Both the position numbers and the translations under genes were made by a program. Below the pieces are notes generated by a model that had not been told where the DNA came from, searched no databases, and was given only the letters and a program-made list of their open reading frames with translations. This document shows positions 45,141-55,171 of a stretch of 64,000 nucleotides of DNA, piece after piece. Each line of letters opens with the position of its first letter. Position 1 is the stretch's first letter. This DNA comes from an uncultured Desulfobacteraceae bacterium. GTDB taxonomy: Bacteria; Desulfobacterota; Desulfobacteria; Desulfobacterales; UBA11574. The DNA is taken from assembly GCA_964539365.1 (NCBI GenBank), contig CAZIIV010000001.1, positions 12,637 through 76,636 of the forward strand, read 5' to 3'.

Positions 45141-47275
45141 TCAACACCATGAACCTTGAGTAATTCCAGAACCTCGGGAAAATCGATACACAGCCTCTTT
45201 ACGGTTTCGACCGTCGGAATTCCGTTGTTGGTCCATCCTCGACGGTGATATACCGCATCTTTTAATTTTTCATAAAGCGTTTCGCGAAACTTACGCAACA
45301 GCACTATCTTTTCTTCCGTAGTCTTTCCGGTGATATCGACGTTATGTTTTTCAACAAGCTGTTTGTCGTAACGCTCGGTCCGTGATTCGTATTCAACGGC
45401 TTTTACCGGCCCCACCGCACGATAGGGAATATTATCATGCTTCCGTTGTCCAAAACCCATTTTAAGGTTGAAAATACGCTGGAAATTGTAAACTGCCTCA
45501 CTCATTCGGATAAGGCCGTCAGGGGTTGTCTGTTTTCCGGTAACTGCGGTATAATAATTCGAATACCACTCGACGTGTTTCATAACCTTCGCGGGCTCCG
45601 GTGTGTCCTTATTATCTTCAGGGACAACATCATTCCAGGGAAGTTTGCACAGTCCGCATAACCCAAACCAGGTTCGGAACATGGGAAACCAGTGCAGCGC
45701 TTCTGCTTTCTGTTCAAAAGTCGGCATAAAATTATGAACCATGTCAAGGAAAATCAACCATGCCTCGTCATGCTGCGGGCCTTTAAGTGCAAGTCCGTAT
45801 CCCCCCTGCTGGGCGAGTGATTCCTTGGTCATATACTCGGAGAACTCCAGGCCCTTTGCCTCCATGCCGATGTCCTGCATGAGATCGAGGTCGGCGGCAT
45901 AATCGCTGGAAAAAATTATTTTCATTTGGCGAACTCCCTGGCCTATAATTTTTCCAAAACCCTCTCCTCGAGCCATTTGATGAACAACCTCCAGTGCGGC
46001 CAGCCGATTGCCGAATGAAAGGTTCATTCCGTGGGTATGGGTTTCGTTTATCAGCCCCATTTCAAAGCACTCCATGGCAAAGGCCGTGGAAGTTCCCACT
46101 GAAATGGTATCCAGCCCGTAGGTGTCACAGTAAAAATTCATTTCAATAATCGTATGCGGGTCGAAGATACCCAAGTTTGAGCCACAGCCGGCGATGGTTT
46201 CATATTCGGGTCCGTCTACAAAAACTTTGACCCCTTTGTATGGACCTGTGAGAGGAACAAAGTCTTTGACACCATGTGAGCAGGCAAGGGTACATCCCAT
46301 CCAACACCCATCATAGCCGGGATCAAATATGCGTCTGAAAACCTCCTGGCCGATGTTGTCCGCCTCTGCATGCTGACCGTACTGAAAATTATGGATGGGC
46401 AGCAGATCAAAATCATTCATAATCGGAACCAGGTGGGTGGTTCCGATTTGTGCCATCTGGTTTTGTTTGGGGTCAAACTCCACAACTTCTTTGGAGTGCT
46501 TTCTCGCGACTTCTTTTAACCTGTTGGCATTTGCAGGATTGTTTGTCTTGGTTGTGACCGTGTCCCACCGCACCACAATGGCTTTAATGCCTTTATCGGC
46601 AAAAACACCACCGATCCCCCCCCGTCCCGCCTGTTTATATCTGGCCCGCTTTCGTTTGAGATCATACCAGGTAAAATTCAGGCATCCCATTCGTGTGTTC
46701 TTAGCGCCCGGTCCTGTAGAAACCACAGAAATGTTACGCGGTCTTCCGTTGGCGAAATGTTCGGTTAATATCGCAGAAAGAGTATAGGCGTCATCCGGCA
46801 ATCCTGACGTCTGTAAGATTTGAACTTTCTCGTCAATGCCATCAATGAAAATTACAACATGTTTTGATGTTTTTCCCGTAATTTCCAGAGCATCAAATCC
46901 GGAAAACTTAAGATAAGGACCAAAATAACCTCCCACATTAGAGTCTATCACGGATCCTGTTAACGGAGAAATGCTGGTGACAATACTTTTGCCGGAGCCC
47001 GGATAAACGGGTGTTCCGCCCATAGGACCGGATGCGATACATATTGCGTTTTCAGGATCATTCCATTTTGTTATGCCGTGGACAGCATTCCATAGAAGCC
47101 ACAGATCAAAACCTTTGCCGCCGATAAAGACGTTTTTCATTTTTTCAGTAACCGGCTTAATGGAAACAACACCATCAGAAATATCTATATAAAGGGTCTG
47201 GTTTGCATATCCCTTTTCAATAACCGGTCTATCATAATTAAATGTCTTAAGTGATTCCATTTTATATTCTGCCAT
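45137..47275 (-). CDS. aor: Aldehyde:ferredoxin oxidoreductase family (tungstopterin) enzyme
   Basis: N-terminal AOR_N region ('IGGKGFDLWLLW', 'GPMGGTPVYPGSGK') and C-terminal AFOR region ('GPEYETIAGCGSNLG', 'DTISVGTSTAFAMEC', 'GLCKLPW'). Confidence 0.9.
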   Translation of the reverse strand: MAEYKMESLKTFNYDRPVIEKGYANQTLYIDISDGVVSIKPVTEKMKNVFIGGKGFDLWLLWNAVHGITKWNDPENAICIASGPMGGTPVYPGSGKSIVTSISPLTGSVIDSNVGGYFGPYLKFSGFDALEITGKTSKHVVIFIDGIDEKVQILQTSGLPDDAYTLSAILTEHFANGRPRNISVVSTGPGAKNTRMGCLNFTWYDLKRKRARYKQAGRGGIGGVFADKGIKAIVVRWDTVTTKTNNPANANRLKEVARKHSKEVVEFDPKQNQMAQIGTTHLVPIMNDFDLLPIHNFQYGQHAEADNIGQEVFRRIFDPGYDGCWMGCTLACSHGVKDFVPLTGPYKGVKVFVDGPEYETIAGCGSNLGIFDPHTIIEMNFYCDTYGLDTISVGTSTAFAMECFEMGLINETHTHGMNLSFGNRLAALEVVHQMARGEGFGKIIGQGVRQMKIIFSSDYAADLDLMQDIGMEAKGLEFSEYMTKESLAQQGGYGLALKGPQHDEAWLIFLDMVHNFMPTFEQKAEALHWFPMFRTWFGLCGLCKLPWNDVVPEDNKDTPEPAKVMKHVEWYSNYYTAVTGKQTTPDGLIRMSEAVYNFQRIFNLKMGFGQRKHDNIPYRAVGPVKAVEYESRTERYDKQLVEKHNVDITGKTTEEKIVLLRKFRETLYEKLKDAVYHRRGWTNNGIPTVETVKRLCIDFPEVLELLKVHGVE

Positions 47276-47305
47276 TATGTCAACCTCTTCTTTTATATTG
47301 ATCTG

Positions 47306-48148
47306 TTAGCCGTTTGAAAAATTCTTGATCATAATTTCACCCAGCTCTTTGGATCGTTTTGTAGCGACTTCCACGGCATTAATAAGTGTCGTTCGAAGTC
47401 CGCCTTTTTCCAATGTATGAATGCCGGCGATAGCTGTTCCACCGGGAGAGGTGACCATGTCCTTTAACCTGCCGGGATGTTCTTTGGTTTCAATTAATAG
47501 TTTTGCTGCCCCTAAAACCGTTTGAGATGAAAGAAAAAGAGCATCTTCCCTTGACAACCCCACCTTTACCCCGGCATCAGCCATGGCATCGACAATTAAG
47601 AAAATATAGGCGGGACCGCTGCCGCTCAAGCCGGTAATTGCATCCATAAGAATATTTTCTTTAATAAAAATGCTTCTCCCCATGGAATCGAAAATAGCCA
47701 GGGAGAGTTTAATGTCTTCTTCAGTGGCATTTCCTCCGGCTGCGATCACAGAAGCACTCTCCTTAACGAAAGCCGCGATGTTGGGCATCACCCGGATAAG
47801 ACGCAATTTTTTGTTCAGACACGACTCTATGGCGGCCAGAGGAACCCCGGCGGCAATAGATATGATGAGTTTGGACATGTCCAGGCAGGATGCTGTTTCT
47901 CTCAATACCGACGCAATGATCTGAGGTTTGACCGCATAGATAATAATTTCTGAAGCCTCTACCGCTTTGATGTTGTTTGATGTGGTATGGATGCCGTATT
48001 TTTCTTGGATGGATTTTAGCCTATCTTCACGAATATCCGTGCAAATAATGTTTTTGGGATCGGATGATCCCGAAGAAATGAGCCCGCTTAAAAGAGCTTC
48101 TCCCATGTTTCCTGTTCCGATCAGGCTGATTTTTTTGTTTTTCAACAT
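47306..48148 (-). CDS. proC: Pyrroline-5-carboxylate reductase
   Basis: 'ISLIGTGNMGEAL' Rossmann motif and C-terminal 'SPGGTAIAGIHTLEKGGLR'. Confidence 0.9.
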   Translation of the reverse strand: MLKNKKISLIGTGNMGEALLSGLISSGSSDPKNIICTDIREDRLKSIQEKYGIHTTSNNIKAVEASEIIIYAVKPQIIASVLRETASCLDMSKLIISIAAGVPLAAIESCLNKKLRLIRVMPNIAAFVKESASVIAAGGNATEEDIKLSLAIFDSMGRSIFIKENILMDAITGLSGSGPAYIFLIVDAMADAGVKVGLSREDALFLSSQTVLGAAKLLIETKEHPGRLKDMVTSPGGTAIAGIHTLEKGGLRTTLINAVEVATKRSKELGEIMIKNFSNG

Positions 48149-48399
48149 GAATTTTATTCCCCCTTAATAACGTTTAATATGATAAAATTTTTTGCATATC
48201 AATTGGTTAAAAACCGGATGGATTTGAACGATTGAATCGTCAATAACATTCATAACATGCATTTTTATCCTTTGAATGTTCAGTATGTCAATGATTTTGC
48301 GTGAAATTTCTTGACTTATTATCAATATATCATTAATTTTCAGGATAGAAATTCGACGGATTAAAAAATTAACACGAAAACCGAAAGATCATTATTTAT

Positions 48400-48699
48400 A
48401 TGTTTATCATTGGCAATTTATTAAAGGCTATTGCAGTAGTTCTCAACTATGTTCTTCACTTTTACATGTGGATTGTTATCGCGCGGGCTGTTCTTTCCTG
48501 GGTGAATCCAGATCCTTACAATCCAATCGTTCGTTTTATTCACAATGTTACCGAGCCCGTACTGTATCGAATCCGCAGAAAATTACCCTTAGATCTTGGC
48601 GGCATAGACTTTTCTCCAATTGTTGTTATTTTGGGGATCATATTTCTGCAACACTTTGTTGTCACTAGCCTTTTTAGATTGTCCGCAACCTTAATGTAA
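48400..48699 (+). CDS. YggT family membrane protein
   Basis: 99 aa with 'ARAVLSWVNPDPYNPIVRFIHNVTEPVL...DFSPIV'. Confidence 0.85.
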   Translation: MFIIGNLLKAIAVVLNYVLHFYMWIVIARAVLSWVNPDPYNPIVRFIHNVTEPVLYRIRRKLPLDLGGIDFSPIVVILGIIFLQHFVVTSLFRLSATLM

Positions 48700-48722
48700 C
48701 CCATAACCAAAGGCGACACACC

Positions 48723-49223
48723 ATGACAATTACATCCCTTGATATTCAGCAAAAACAATTCAAGACCAGGTTTAGAGGCTTCGACATCCGGGAGGTGGAT
48801 GCATTTCTTGAACAGATGGCGGATGTCTTCGAATCATTGCAAAGAGAAAATAATAACTTGCGTGAAGAAATTAACAGGCTTAAAATTGAAAGCCAGGGAT
48901 ACAAAGGACGTGAAGAGACATTTAAGCGGGTAATGCTCAATTCTCAGAAAGTGCTGGACCAGATGAAGCAAAACGCCCGCAAATCGGCCGAATTGATCAT
49001 TGCGGATGCCGAAGTGAATGCGGAGAAAATTCTTAGTCGAGCCCAGAACAGGCTTGCTCAACTTCATGAAGATATTACAGAACTAAAACGGCAACGCATG
49101 CAGATCGAGGTCCAGATCCGCTCCATTGTCGAAAGCCACACCAAACTTCTTGAAATAGGAAAAGAGGAGGCCGGAATTCGCGAGGAGGAAGACGCCAAGT
49201 TGAAATTGTTTAAGCAATCGTAA
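48723..49223 (+). CDS. DivIVA domain protein
   Basis: 'LDIQQKQFKTRFRGFDIREVDAFLEQ' N-terminal DivIVA motif followed by a coiled-coil. Confidence 0.85.
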   Translation: MTITSLDIQQKQFKTRFRGFDIREVDAFLEQMADVFESLQRENNNLREEINRLKIESQGYKGREETFKRVMLNSQKVLDQMKQNARKSAELIIADAEVNAEKILSRAQNRLAQLHEDITELKRQRMQIEVQIRSIVESHTKLLEIGKEEAGIREEEDAKLKLFKQS

Positions 49224-49287
49224 CCCCTTGGATTTTTGAAATTGTTATACTGTGCGGCAGGCGATTTAAACAGATTGGGAGTATAAC

Positions 49288-50370
49288 ATGGCAAAAATAG
49301 ATGCGTTTTTTAAATTAATGAATGAACAGGGTGCTTCAGATCTTCATCTTGTGGCAGGACAGCCCCCTGCGCTAAGGATACGGGGCGAGATGGAAAGGAT
49401 TAAATATAAAGTCCTGGACAATGATGAGTTGAAAGCCATGCTCTATGAAATAGCGCCCGAACATAAAATAAAGGAATTTGAAGAAACAGGGGATATTGAT
49501 TTCGGCTATGATATACTCGGTATTGCCAGATACCGGTCAAATCTTTTTATGCAAAAATTTGGTGTGGCTGCGGTTTTCAGACAAATTCCCGAGCAAATAA
49601 TGACCGCCGAACAGCTGGGTCTTCCTCCAGTTTTATCCAAACTGGCCTCGCTTCCGAGGGGGCTGATTCTGGTGACGGGACCTACGGGAAGCGGCAAATC
49701 CACCACCCTGGCCTCAATACTTGATGTGGCAAACCGTACGCGTAAGGATCATATCATTACCATCGAAGATCCCGTTGAATTTGTCCACCAAAGCAAGGGA
49801 TGTATTGTGAATCACCGTGAAGTGGGGCTCCATACCAAGTCGTTCAGCACAGCGTTGAGGGGTGCCTTGAGAGAGGATCCGGATATTATTCTTGTGGGTG
49901 AAATGAGAGATCTTGTGACCATATCCCTTGCCATAGAGGCCGCATCCACCGGACATCTTGTTTTTAGCACGCTTCACACATCCAGTGCAGCAAAAACCGT
50001 AGATCGCATCATCGAGGTTTTTCCTGCAGATCAACAGAACCAGATTCGTTCGACCCTGTCGGACGGGCTTCGAGCCATTATCGCACAGGTTTTGTTTAAA
50101 AGAATAGATAAAAAGGGGCGGTGCCCCGCCTTTGAAATATTGATTGCAACGCCGGCGGTCCGGAATCTGATCAGGGAGGGGAAAACCCACCAGATAGCTT
50201 CAATGATCCAAACCGGAAGAAAATACGGTATGCAGCTTTTAGATGATGCCATTATGGAAATGCTGAAAAAAGGATGGATAAGTGCTAATGATGCCTATGC
50301 CAAGTCAAATGACAAGGGAAAGTTTAGGCCTTTTTTGAAAACTCCTCCCACTGATTTTACCGAAGCATAA
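49288..50370 (+). CDS. pilT: Type IV pilus retraction ATPase PilT
   Basis: 'GASDLHL', Walker A 'GPTGSGKSTT', 'IITIEDPVE', Walker B 'PDIILVGEMRD', 'GHLVFSTLHT'. Confidence 0.9.
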   Translation: MAKIDAFFKLMNEQGASDLHLVAGQPPALRIRGEMERIKYKVLDNDELKAMLYEIAPEHKIKEFEETGDIDFGYDILGIARYRSNLFMQKFGVAAVFRQIPEQIMTAEQLGLPPVLSKLASLPRGLILVTGPTGSGKSTTLASILDVANRTRKDHIITIEDPVEFVHQSKGCIVNHREVGLHTKSFSTALRGALREDPDIILVGEMRDLVTISLAIEAASTGHLVFSTLHTSSAAKTVDRIIEVFPADQQNQIRSTLSDGLRAIIAQVLFKRIDKKGRCPAFEILIATPAVRNLIREGKTHQIASMIQTGRKYGMQLLDDAIMEMLKKGWISANDAYAKSNDKGKFRPFLKTPPTDFTEA

Positions 50371-50391
50371 CACTGTGAATGAGGTTCTGTT

Positions 50392-51570
50392 TTGAAGAAA
50401 CAGGAAATAGATCATATTCTGTCAAGAATGCTCGATGCATACGATAATGTCTCCGATCTTAATATTACCGTAGGAAAACCATTTCAGGTTGAGACAGCGG
50501 GAGAGCTTGCCGCGGTGGATATGAATCCCCCTTTTGATGAGATTACGCCGTTTCAGGCCGAAATCTTTGCGCTAAACCTGTTGAATCAGAACCGGCGCCT
50601 CACCGAAAATCTCCTGCTTGAGGGATCGTGCGATTCATCCTACGAGCTTCCCGGCAAGGCTCGTTTTAGAGTCAACATTTTTTCCCAGAGGGGTAACTAC
50701 TCCATTATCTTAAGAAAACTTGCAACAAAAATTCCCACATGTCAGGAACTGGGTATTCCGGACGCCTTTCTCAAAATGGCTGAGGAAAAGAACGGCTTTA
50801 TCCTGATTACCGGAGCTACCGGTACCGGAAAAACAACCTCTCTGGCCGCAGTGCTTAACGAAATTAATAACCTCAGATCGGTCCACGTAGTGACCCTTGA
50901 GGACCCGGTGGAGTATGACCATCCACACAAAATGGCGACGTTCAACCAGCGTGAGATGGGAGAGGATTTTGATTCATTTGCACATGGTCTCAGAGCTGCC
51001 CTGCGTCAGGCTCCCAAGGTAATTCTGGTTGGAGAAATGCGCGACAGAGAAACCCTGGAAATCGGTCTGAGTGCGGCAGAGACCGGGCACCTGGTGTTAA
51101 GCACCCTCCACACTGTCGATGCCGGACAAACAATGAACCGTATCCTCGGCATGTTCCCTGTTGATGAAGAAAATCAGATTCGTACCCGGCTTGCCGATAC
51201 CATGCGGTGGGTCGTATGCCAAAGACTTCTCCCCAAGGTTGGAGGAGGACGCGTAGCGGCCTTTGAAATCATGCACACCAGCCTGAGGATCAAAGACATG
51301 ATCCTGCACGGAGAATCCGAAGAAAAAACTTTTTATGATGCCATCCATGACGGAAAAGCTTTCGGTATGATGACCTTTGACGATTCCATCATCGGGTTAT
51401 ACGAAAAAGGTCTCATTACCGAGGAAACGGCTATGGCCTATGCTTCCCGCAGAGGCCTCGTGGGACGCGGAATCGACACAATCAAAAGCGCACGGGGTGA
51501 AGCAACCACGGATATTAAGGATCTTAAGGTGGATCACGAGTATGGTAAAAGCAATATAGCCGTGGACTGA
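50392..51570 (+). CDS. PilT/PilU-family secretion ATPase paralog
   Basis: Walker A 'GATGTGKTTS', 'VVTLEDPVEY', 'PKVILVGEMRD', 'GHLVLSTLHT'. TTG start. Confidence 0.85.
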   Translation: MKKQEIDHILSRMLDAYDNVSDLNITVGKPFQVETAGELAAVDMNPPFDEITPFQAEIFALNLLNQNRRLTENLLLEGSCDSSYELPGKARFRVNIFSQRGNYSIILRKLATKIPTCQELGIPDAFLKMAEEKNGFILITGATGTGKTTSLAAVLNEINNLRSVHVVTLEDPVEYDHPHKMATFNQREMGEDFDSFAHGLRAALRQAPKVILVGEMRDRETLEIGLSAAETGHLVLSTLHTVDAGQTMNRILGMFPVDEENQIRTRLADTMRWVVCQRLLPKVGGGRVAAFEIMHTSLRIKDMILHGESEEKTFYDAIHDGKAFGMMTFDDSIIGLYEKGLITEETAMAYASRRGLVGRGIDTIKSARGEATTDIKDLKVDHEYGKSNIAVD

Positions 51571-51607
51571 CATTTTGACTTTTGAAACTCCCAAAAAGGA
51601 AAGTATC

Positions 51608-52300
51608 ATGAATGTGGTATGCGAAAAATGTCGGAGTAAGTTTCAAATTCCGAGCCAAAAGGTTCCCAAGGGACAGGCATTTTCTGTAATTTGCCCTAAA
51701 TGCAGCAGCAAAGTTTCCGTAGATACTCGTTTTGACAAGCCTCTGTCAACCAAAGAGACTGCGGCTCCGTCCGCCAAACCAAAACCTATACCAAATAATA
51801 CCATCATTGAGGAGGTCGATTCCAGCACCTACGACGCCTCGGAAAAACCGTTTGATTTTGTTGAAGAAGGCGCGGAAACGGCCCTTTTGTGCGAGCCGGA
51901 TCCGGCCATCCGGTCTAAAATCATAACCGCCCTGTATAACATGGGATATCATACCACGGCGCCGCAGACCTATAAAGATACTCTAAAGCAGATGCGATTC
52001 CATGTTTTTGACATGGTAGTGCTTAACGAACGGTTCGGCACCAGGGATCCTGACATGAACAGCGTTCTCAAGTACCTGGATCGTCTCAGTATGTCTATCC
52101 GGCGAAATATCTTCTTGGCTCTTATAACCGATCGCTTTCGTACCATGGACAATATGGCGGCCTTTAACAAGAGCGTCAACCTCATTATTAACCTGAAAAA
52201 TATCAATGAAATTGAAAAAATCCTGAGACGAGGTCTCGCCGACAATAAAGCTTTCTATCGTATTTTTAAGGAGACGCTGATCAAGACCGGCAGGGTTTGA
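51608..52300 (+). CDS. Zinc-ribbon (MJ0042-type) protein with C-terminal receiver-like domain
   Basis: 'CEKCRSKF...CPKCSSK' zinc ribbon, Pro/Ala linker, then a CheY-like alpha/beta region ('ALLCEPD...FDMVVLNE...'). I place the start at ATG 51608. Confidence 0.65.
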   Translation: MNVVCEKCRSKFQIPSQKVPKGQAFSVICPKCSSKVSVDTRFDKPLSTKETAAPSAKPKPIPNNTIIEEVDSSTYDASEKPFDFVEEGAETALLCEPDPAIRSKIITALYNMGYHTTAPQTYKDTLKQMRFHVFDMVVLNERFGTRDPDMNSVLKYLDRLSMSIRRNIFLALITDRFRTMDNMAAFNKSVNLIINLKNINEIEKILRRGLADNKAFYRIFKETLIKTGRV

Positions 52301-52334
52301 ACATTTTTACGCATCTATTTTAAACGTAAAAAGC

Positions 52335-52481
52335 ATGGAATACACTTGTGCCGACTATCGTATTGAAATGATTCTGTTGTACCTTAAGCGTCGCTTGAAG
52401 CACAAGGACCTTGGTGAGGAGGAAAGGGGCGACATCCTTCTGCAGATTAAAAAACTTGAGGCAGAAATGGGGCTTGAATAG
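52335..52481 (+). CDS. Hypothetical small ORF (48 codons)
   Basis: 'MEYTCADYRIEMILLYLKRRLKHKDLGEEERGDILLQIKKLEAEMGLE' fills the gap before the MBL gene. No RBS. Confidence 0.25.
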   Translation: MEYTCADYRIEMILLYLKRRLKHKDLGEEERGDILLQIKKLEAEMGLE

Positions 52482-52486
52482 AAACA

Positions 52487-53407
52487 ATGAAATTAATTGA
52501 ATTCACCCCCGAACTGTATCTTATTCCTCTTGACCAGAATCTTCCCGGATTTACATCCTTTATAAGCTCCTGGGTCTACAAAGGCAAAAAAACCTTTCTA
52601 GTGGATGTCGGACCTGCCGCCACCGTTCCTGTGCTTCTAAAAGCTTTGGAAAGTCTGGGCATATGGCATCTTGACGCCGTTCTATTGACCCACATTCATA
52701 TCGATCACGCAGGAGGTGCAGGAGATCTGGCCGAGTCTTTTCCCGATGTTCCCATTATTTGCCACGAAAAAGGCATCCAGCACCTTATAGATCCGTCACG
52801 TCTATGGCAAGGGAGCCTCAAAACCCTCGGTCAAACGGCACAGGCCTATGGACCGTTCCGGCCGGTTTCCCGGAAAATGCTTTGCAATGCCGCTCGATAT
52901 CACACAGATAACATTATACCGATCCTGACACCCGGGCATGCGCCCCATCATGTAAGCTACTTTTTGGGTCCATATCTTTTTGCGGGAGAGGCCGGGGGGG
53001 TTTATCTCGAAATATTCGGCGACGATTTTTATCTCAGACCGGCCACACCGCCCCGCTTTGATTTGGAGACCTCGATTAAGAGCATCGATGATCTGATTGC
53101 CCAAAATCCCTCAGTCATATGTTACGGACATTTCGGCATGAACAAAAATGCGTTGAATATGTTGAAAGCACACCGTAAGCAGCTTTTGTTCTGGAAAAAC
53201 ATTATCGAGGATCAGATGGTTCATTTCAGTGGCCCCGAAGACGAAGATTCCCTTAACGCTGCTTTGCAATGCCTGTTAAAGCACGATCCTTTTCTTAAAG
53301 GATTTTTTCATATGGACGAGGCGGTACAACATAGGGAGAGAGGATTTCTGAAAAACAGCATAAAAGGATTTACAGGCTATTTACAAACTATTACTGATAA
53401 TCCGTAA
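52487..53407 (+). CDS. MBL-fold metallo-hydrolase
   Basis: 'LTHIHIDHAGG' (HxHxDH), later 'TPGHAPHH' and 'YGHFG'. Confidence 0.85.
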   Translation: MKLIEFTPELYLIPLDQNLPGFTSFISSWVYKGKKTFLVDVGPAATVPVLLKALESLGIWHLDAVLLTHIHIDHAGGAGDLAESFPDVPIICHEKGIQHLIDPSRLWQGSLKTLGQTAQAYGPFRPVSRKMLCNAARYHTDNIIPILTPGHAPHHVSYFLGPYLFAGEAGGVYLEIFGDDFYLRPATPPRFDLETSIKSIDDLIAQNPSVICYGHFGMNKNALNMLKAHRKQLLFWKNIIEDQMVHFSGPEDEDSLNAALQCLLKHDPFLKGFFHMDEAVQHRERGFLKNSIKGFTGYLQTITDNP

Positions 53408-54148
53408 TCCTTCCAGGGTCAAGGCCGGTTCAACAACCTCAATGGTTTCTGATACTTGATACATAAGTTCCGCCAGACCGCCTGTTGCGATGACTCTTGG
53501 GGTTGTATGCATTTCGATTTTCATCCGCCGAACCATTCCATCCACAAGTCCTGCATATCCAAAAATAATTCCAGCTTTAATACTGCTTGCGGTATCTTTG
53601 CCGATTACGCTCTCAGGGGGAACAAAGATTTCGACCCTGGGAAGTTTGGATGCTTTCATGAACAGGGCTTCAGAAGCAATCATAATTCCAGGACTGATTG
53701 CGCCGCCCAGATATTCTCCCTGTTCTGAAATAGCATCAAAGGTTGTCGCTGTCCCAAAATCTATAACAATAAGACTGGTTTTGTATTTTAGGAATGCTGC
53801 GACCGCGTTAACGATCCTGTCTGCGCCAACTTCCCATGGATTTTTGTAACGAATCGGCAAAATAGAAGCTGCTGACATGGCATCGACCCAGTGCGGCGTG
53901 TGTCCCAAGTATTTGCGACAGAAAGAATCGAGAATGGTGACCATAGGGGGGACTACGCAGGAGATAATCGTCTTGTCGATTTTTTTGGAATTAATATTAC
54001 CGTCGGAAAAAAGATTGGATGCAAGGATGTTAAACTCATCTTCTGTTGTACGTCTTTCCGTTCGTATCCGCCAGTCCTTAACAAGATGCCTGCCGTCGTA
54101 AACACCGATTACCGTGTTGGTGTTTCCAATATCGATAACAAGAAGCAT
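53381..54148 (-). CDS. coaX: Type III pantothenate kinase
   Basis: 'LLVIDIGNTNTVIGVY', 'IVIDFGTATTFD' and 'VIATGGLA'. I place the start at ATG 54148. Its 3' end overlaps the convergent MBL gene by 27 nt. Confidence 0.9.
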   Translation of the reverse strand: MLLVIDIGNTNTVIGVYDGRHLVKDWRIRTERRTTEDEFNILASNLFSDGNINSKKIDKTIISCVVPPMVTILDSFCRKYLGHTPHWVDAMSAASILPIRYKNPWEVGADRIVNAVAAFLKYKTSLIVIDFGTATTFDAISEQGEYLGGAISPGIMIASEALFMKASKLPRVEIFVPPESVIGKDTASSIKAGIIFGYAGLVDGMVRRMKIEMHTTPRVIATGGLAELMYQVSETIEVVEPALTLEGLRIISNSL

Positions 54149-54183
54149 AATTAAAACTTCCTTTTGGGGCGAAGCCCCTAAGT

Positions 54184-55104
54184 TCATTTTTTATGAAGAT
54201 TTGAGCTTATTTTAATGGTGAACATTTCGGGTGTTACGCCAATAAGAGCGGTTTTTACAGGTAACGTTATGGTTGCCCTTTTAACATAAGTCCCGGGGGG
54301 TAATCCTTTAAGGTCAACATACACTTTAATCCATTTTTCAGTATGAAGCTTTTCAATAATATGAACAGGTCCTTTAACTTCAATATTTATTGCCGGCGGC
54401 GTAATCAGGTAACTGAACGGACTGTTTCTGCCCTCAACCTGAATATCAAAAAATTTTTGGACAACAATTTTTTCTTTTATGGATATTTCAGCGAAAATAA
54501 TCTCCGAAGGAGAAATGATTTCAAGATGTTCGACAAGGTCCAGAGCGACTCCTTTTTTAAAAGATTCTGACCGCCCTCTAATCTCAATCGGTTTTGTCAG
54601 CACCTTATCCATGGACCCAAGGATATTTTCAGGTCCTTGCAGAATAATCGATGATGGTTTGGCAACGGCGCCTGAAACGGTGAAGCCTGAAGCGGGTTTT
54701 CCGGAAAATAAAATTTGAACCGGCAACTCCTTTTTAATTTTATTGTCAATGGTTACGGTCAAAAACGTTGGGTTTATTTTTACAACGGATATTCCGTCCG
54801 GAAGGATGATACGATTTTTTTTTATGGGGATAGAGTTAATGCCCATATGAACTCGGGATAAGTCAAGCACATATCGCATATTAAGGTCAGAAAGCATTCT
54901 GAGTTTCGATTTCGAGCCGCGCACGTAAACCTCTATCCCTTTTAACGACGGACCGGTTATTGTCAGCGCCGCAGGAATATGACCGAAATCAACCGGAATA
55001 AAAATCACGGTTTCCTGTAATGACGAGCAGGCACCCGTCAGAAACAAGCAAACCCCAAGAGAAAAAGACAAAACAGACCGTTTTAAATTCTGTAACTTTA
55101 GCAT
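54184..55104 (-). CDS. YbbR-like domain protein
   Basis: Signal/anchor followed by repeated beta-rich YbbR-type modules ('VKINPTFLTVTID', 'PSSIILQGPENIL'). I place the start at ATG 55104 to avoid overlap with folP. Confidence 0.65.
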   Translation of the reverse strand: MLKLQNLKRSVLSFSLGVCLFLTGACSSLQETVIFIPVDFGHIPAALTITGPSLKGIEVYVRGSKSKLRMLSDLNMRYVLDLSRVHMGINSIPIKKNRIILPDGISVVKINPTFLTVTIDNKIKKELPVQILFSGKPASGFTVSGAVAKPSSIILQGPENILGSMDKVLTKPIEIRGRSESFKKGVALDLVEHLEIISPSEIIFAEISIKEKIVVQKFFDIQVEGRNSPFSYLITPPAINIEVKGPVHIIEKLHTEKWIKVYVDLKGLPPGTYVKRATITLPVKTALIGVTPEMFTIKISSNLHKK

Positions 55105-55171
55105 AGAAAAATGACAATGGGTAATCATACCGGAATCCACACTATTTTCAAAAAACCAAACCGTTTCACCA

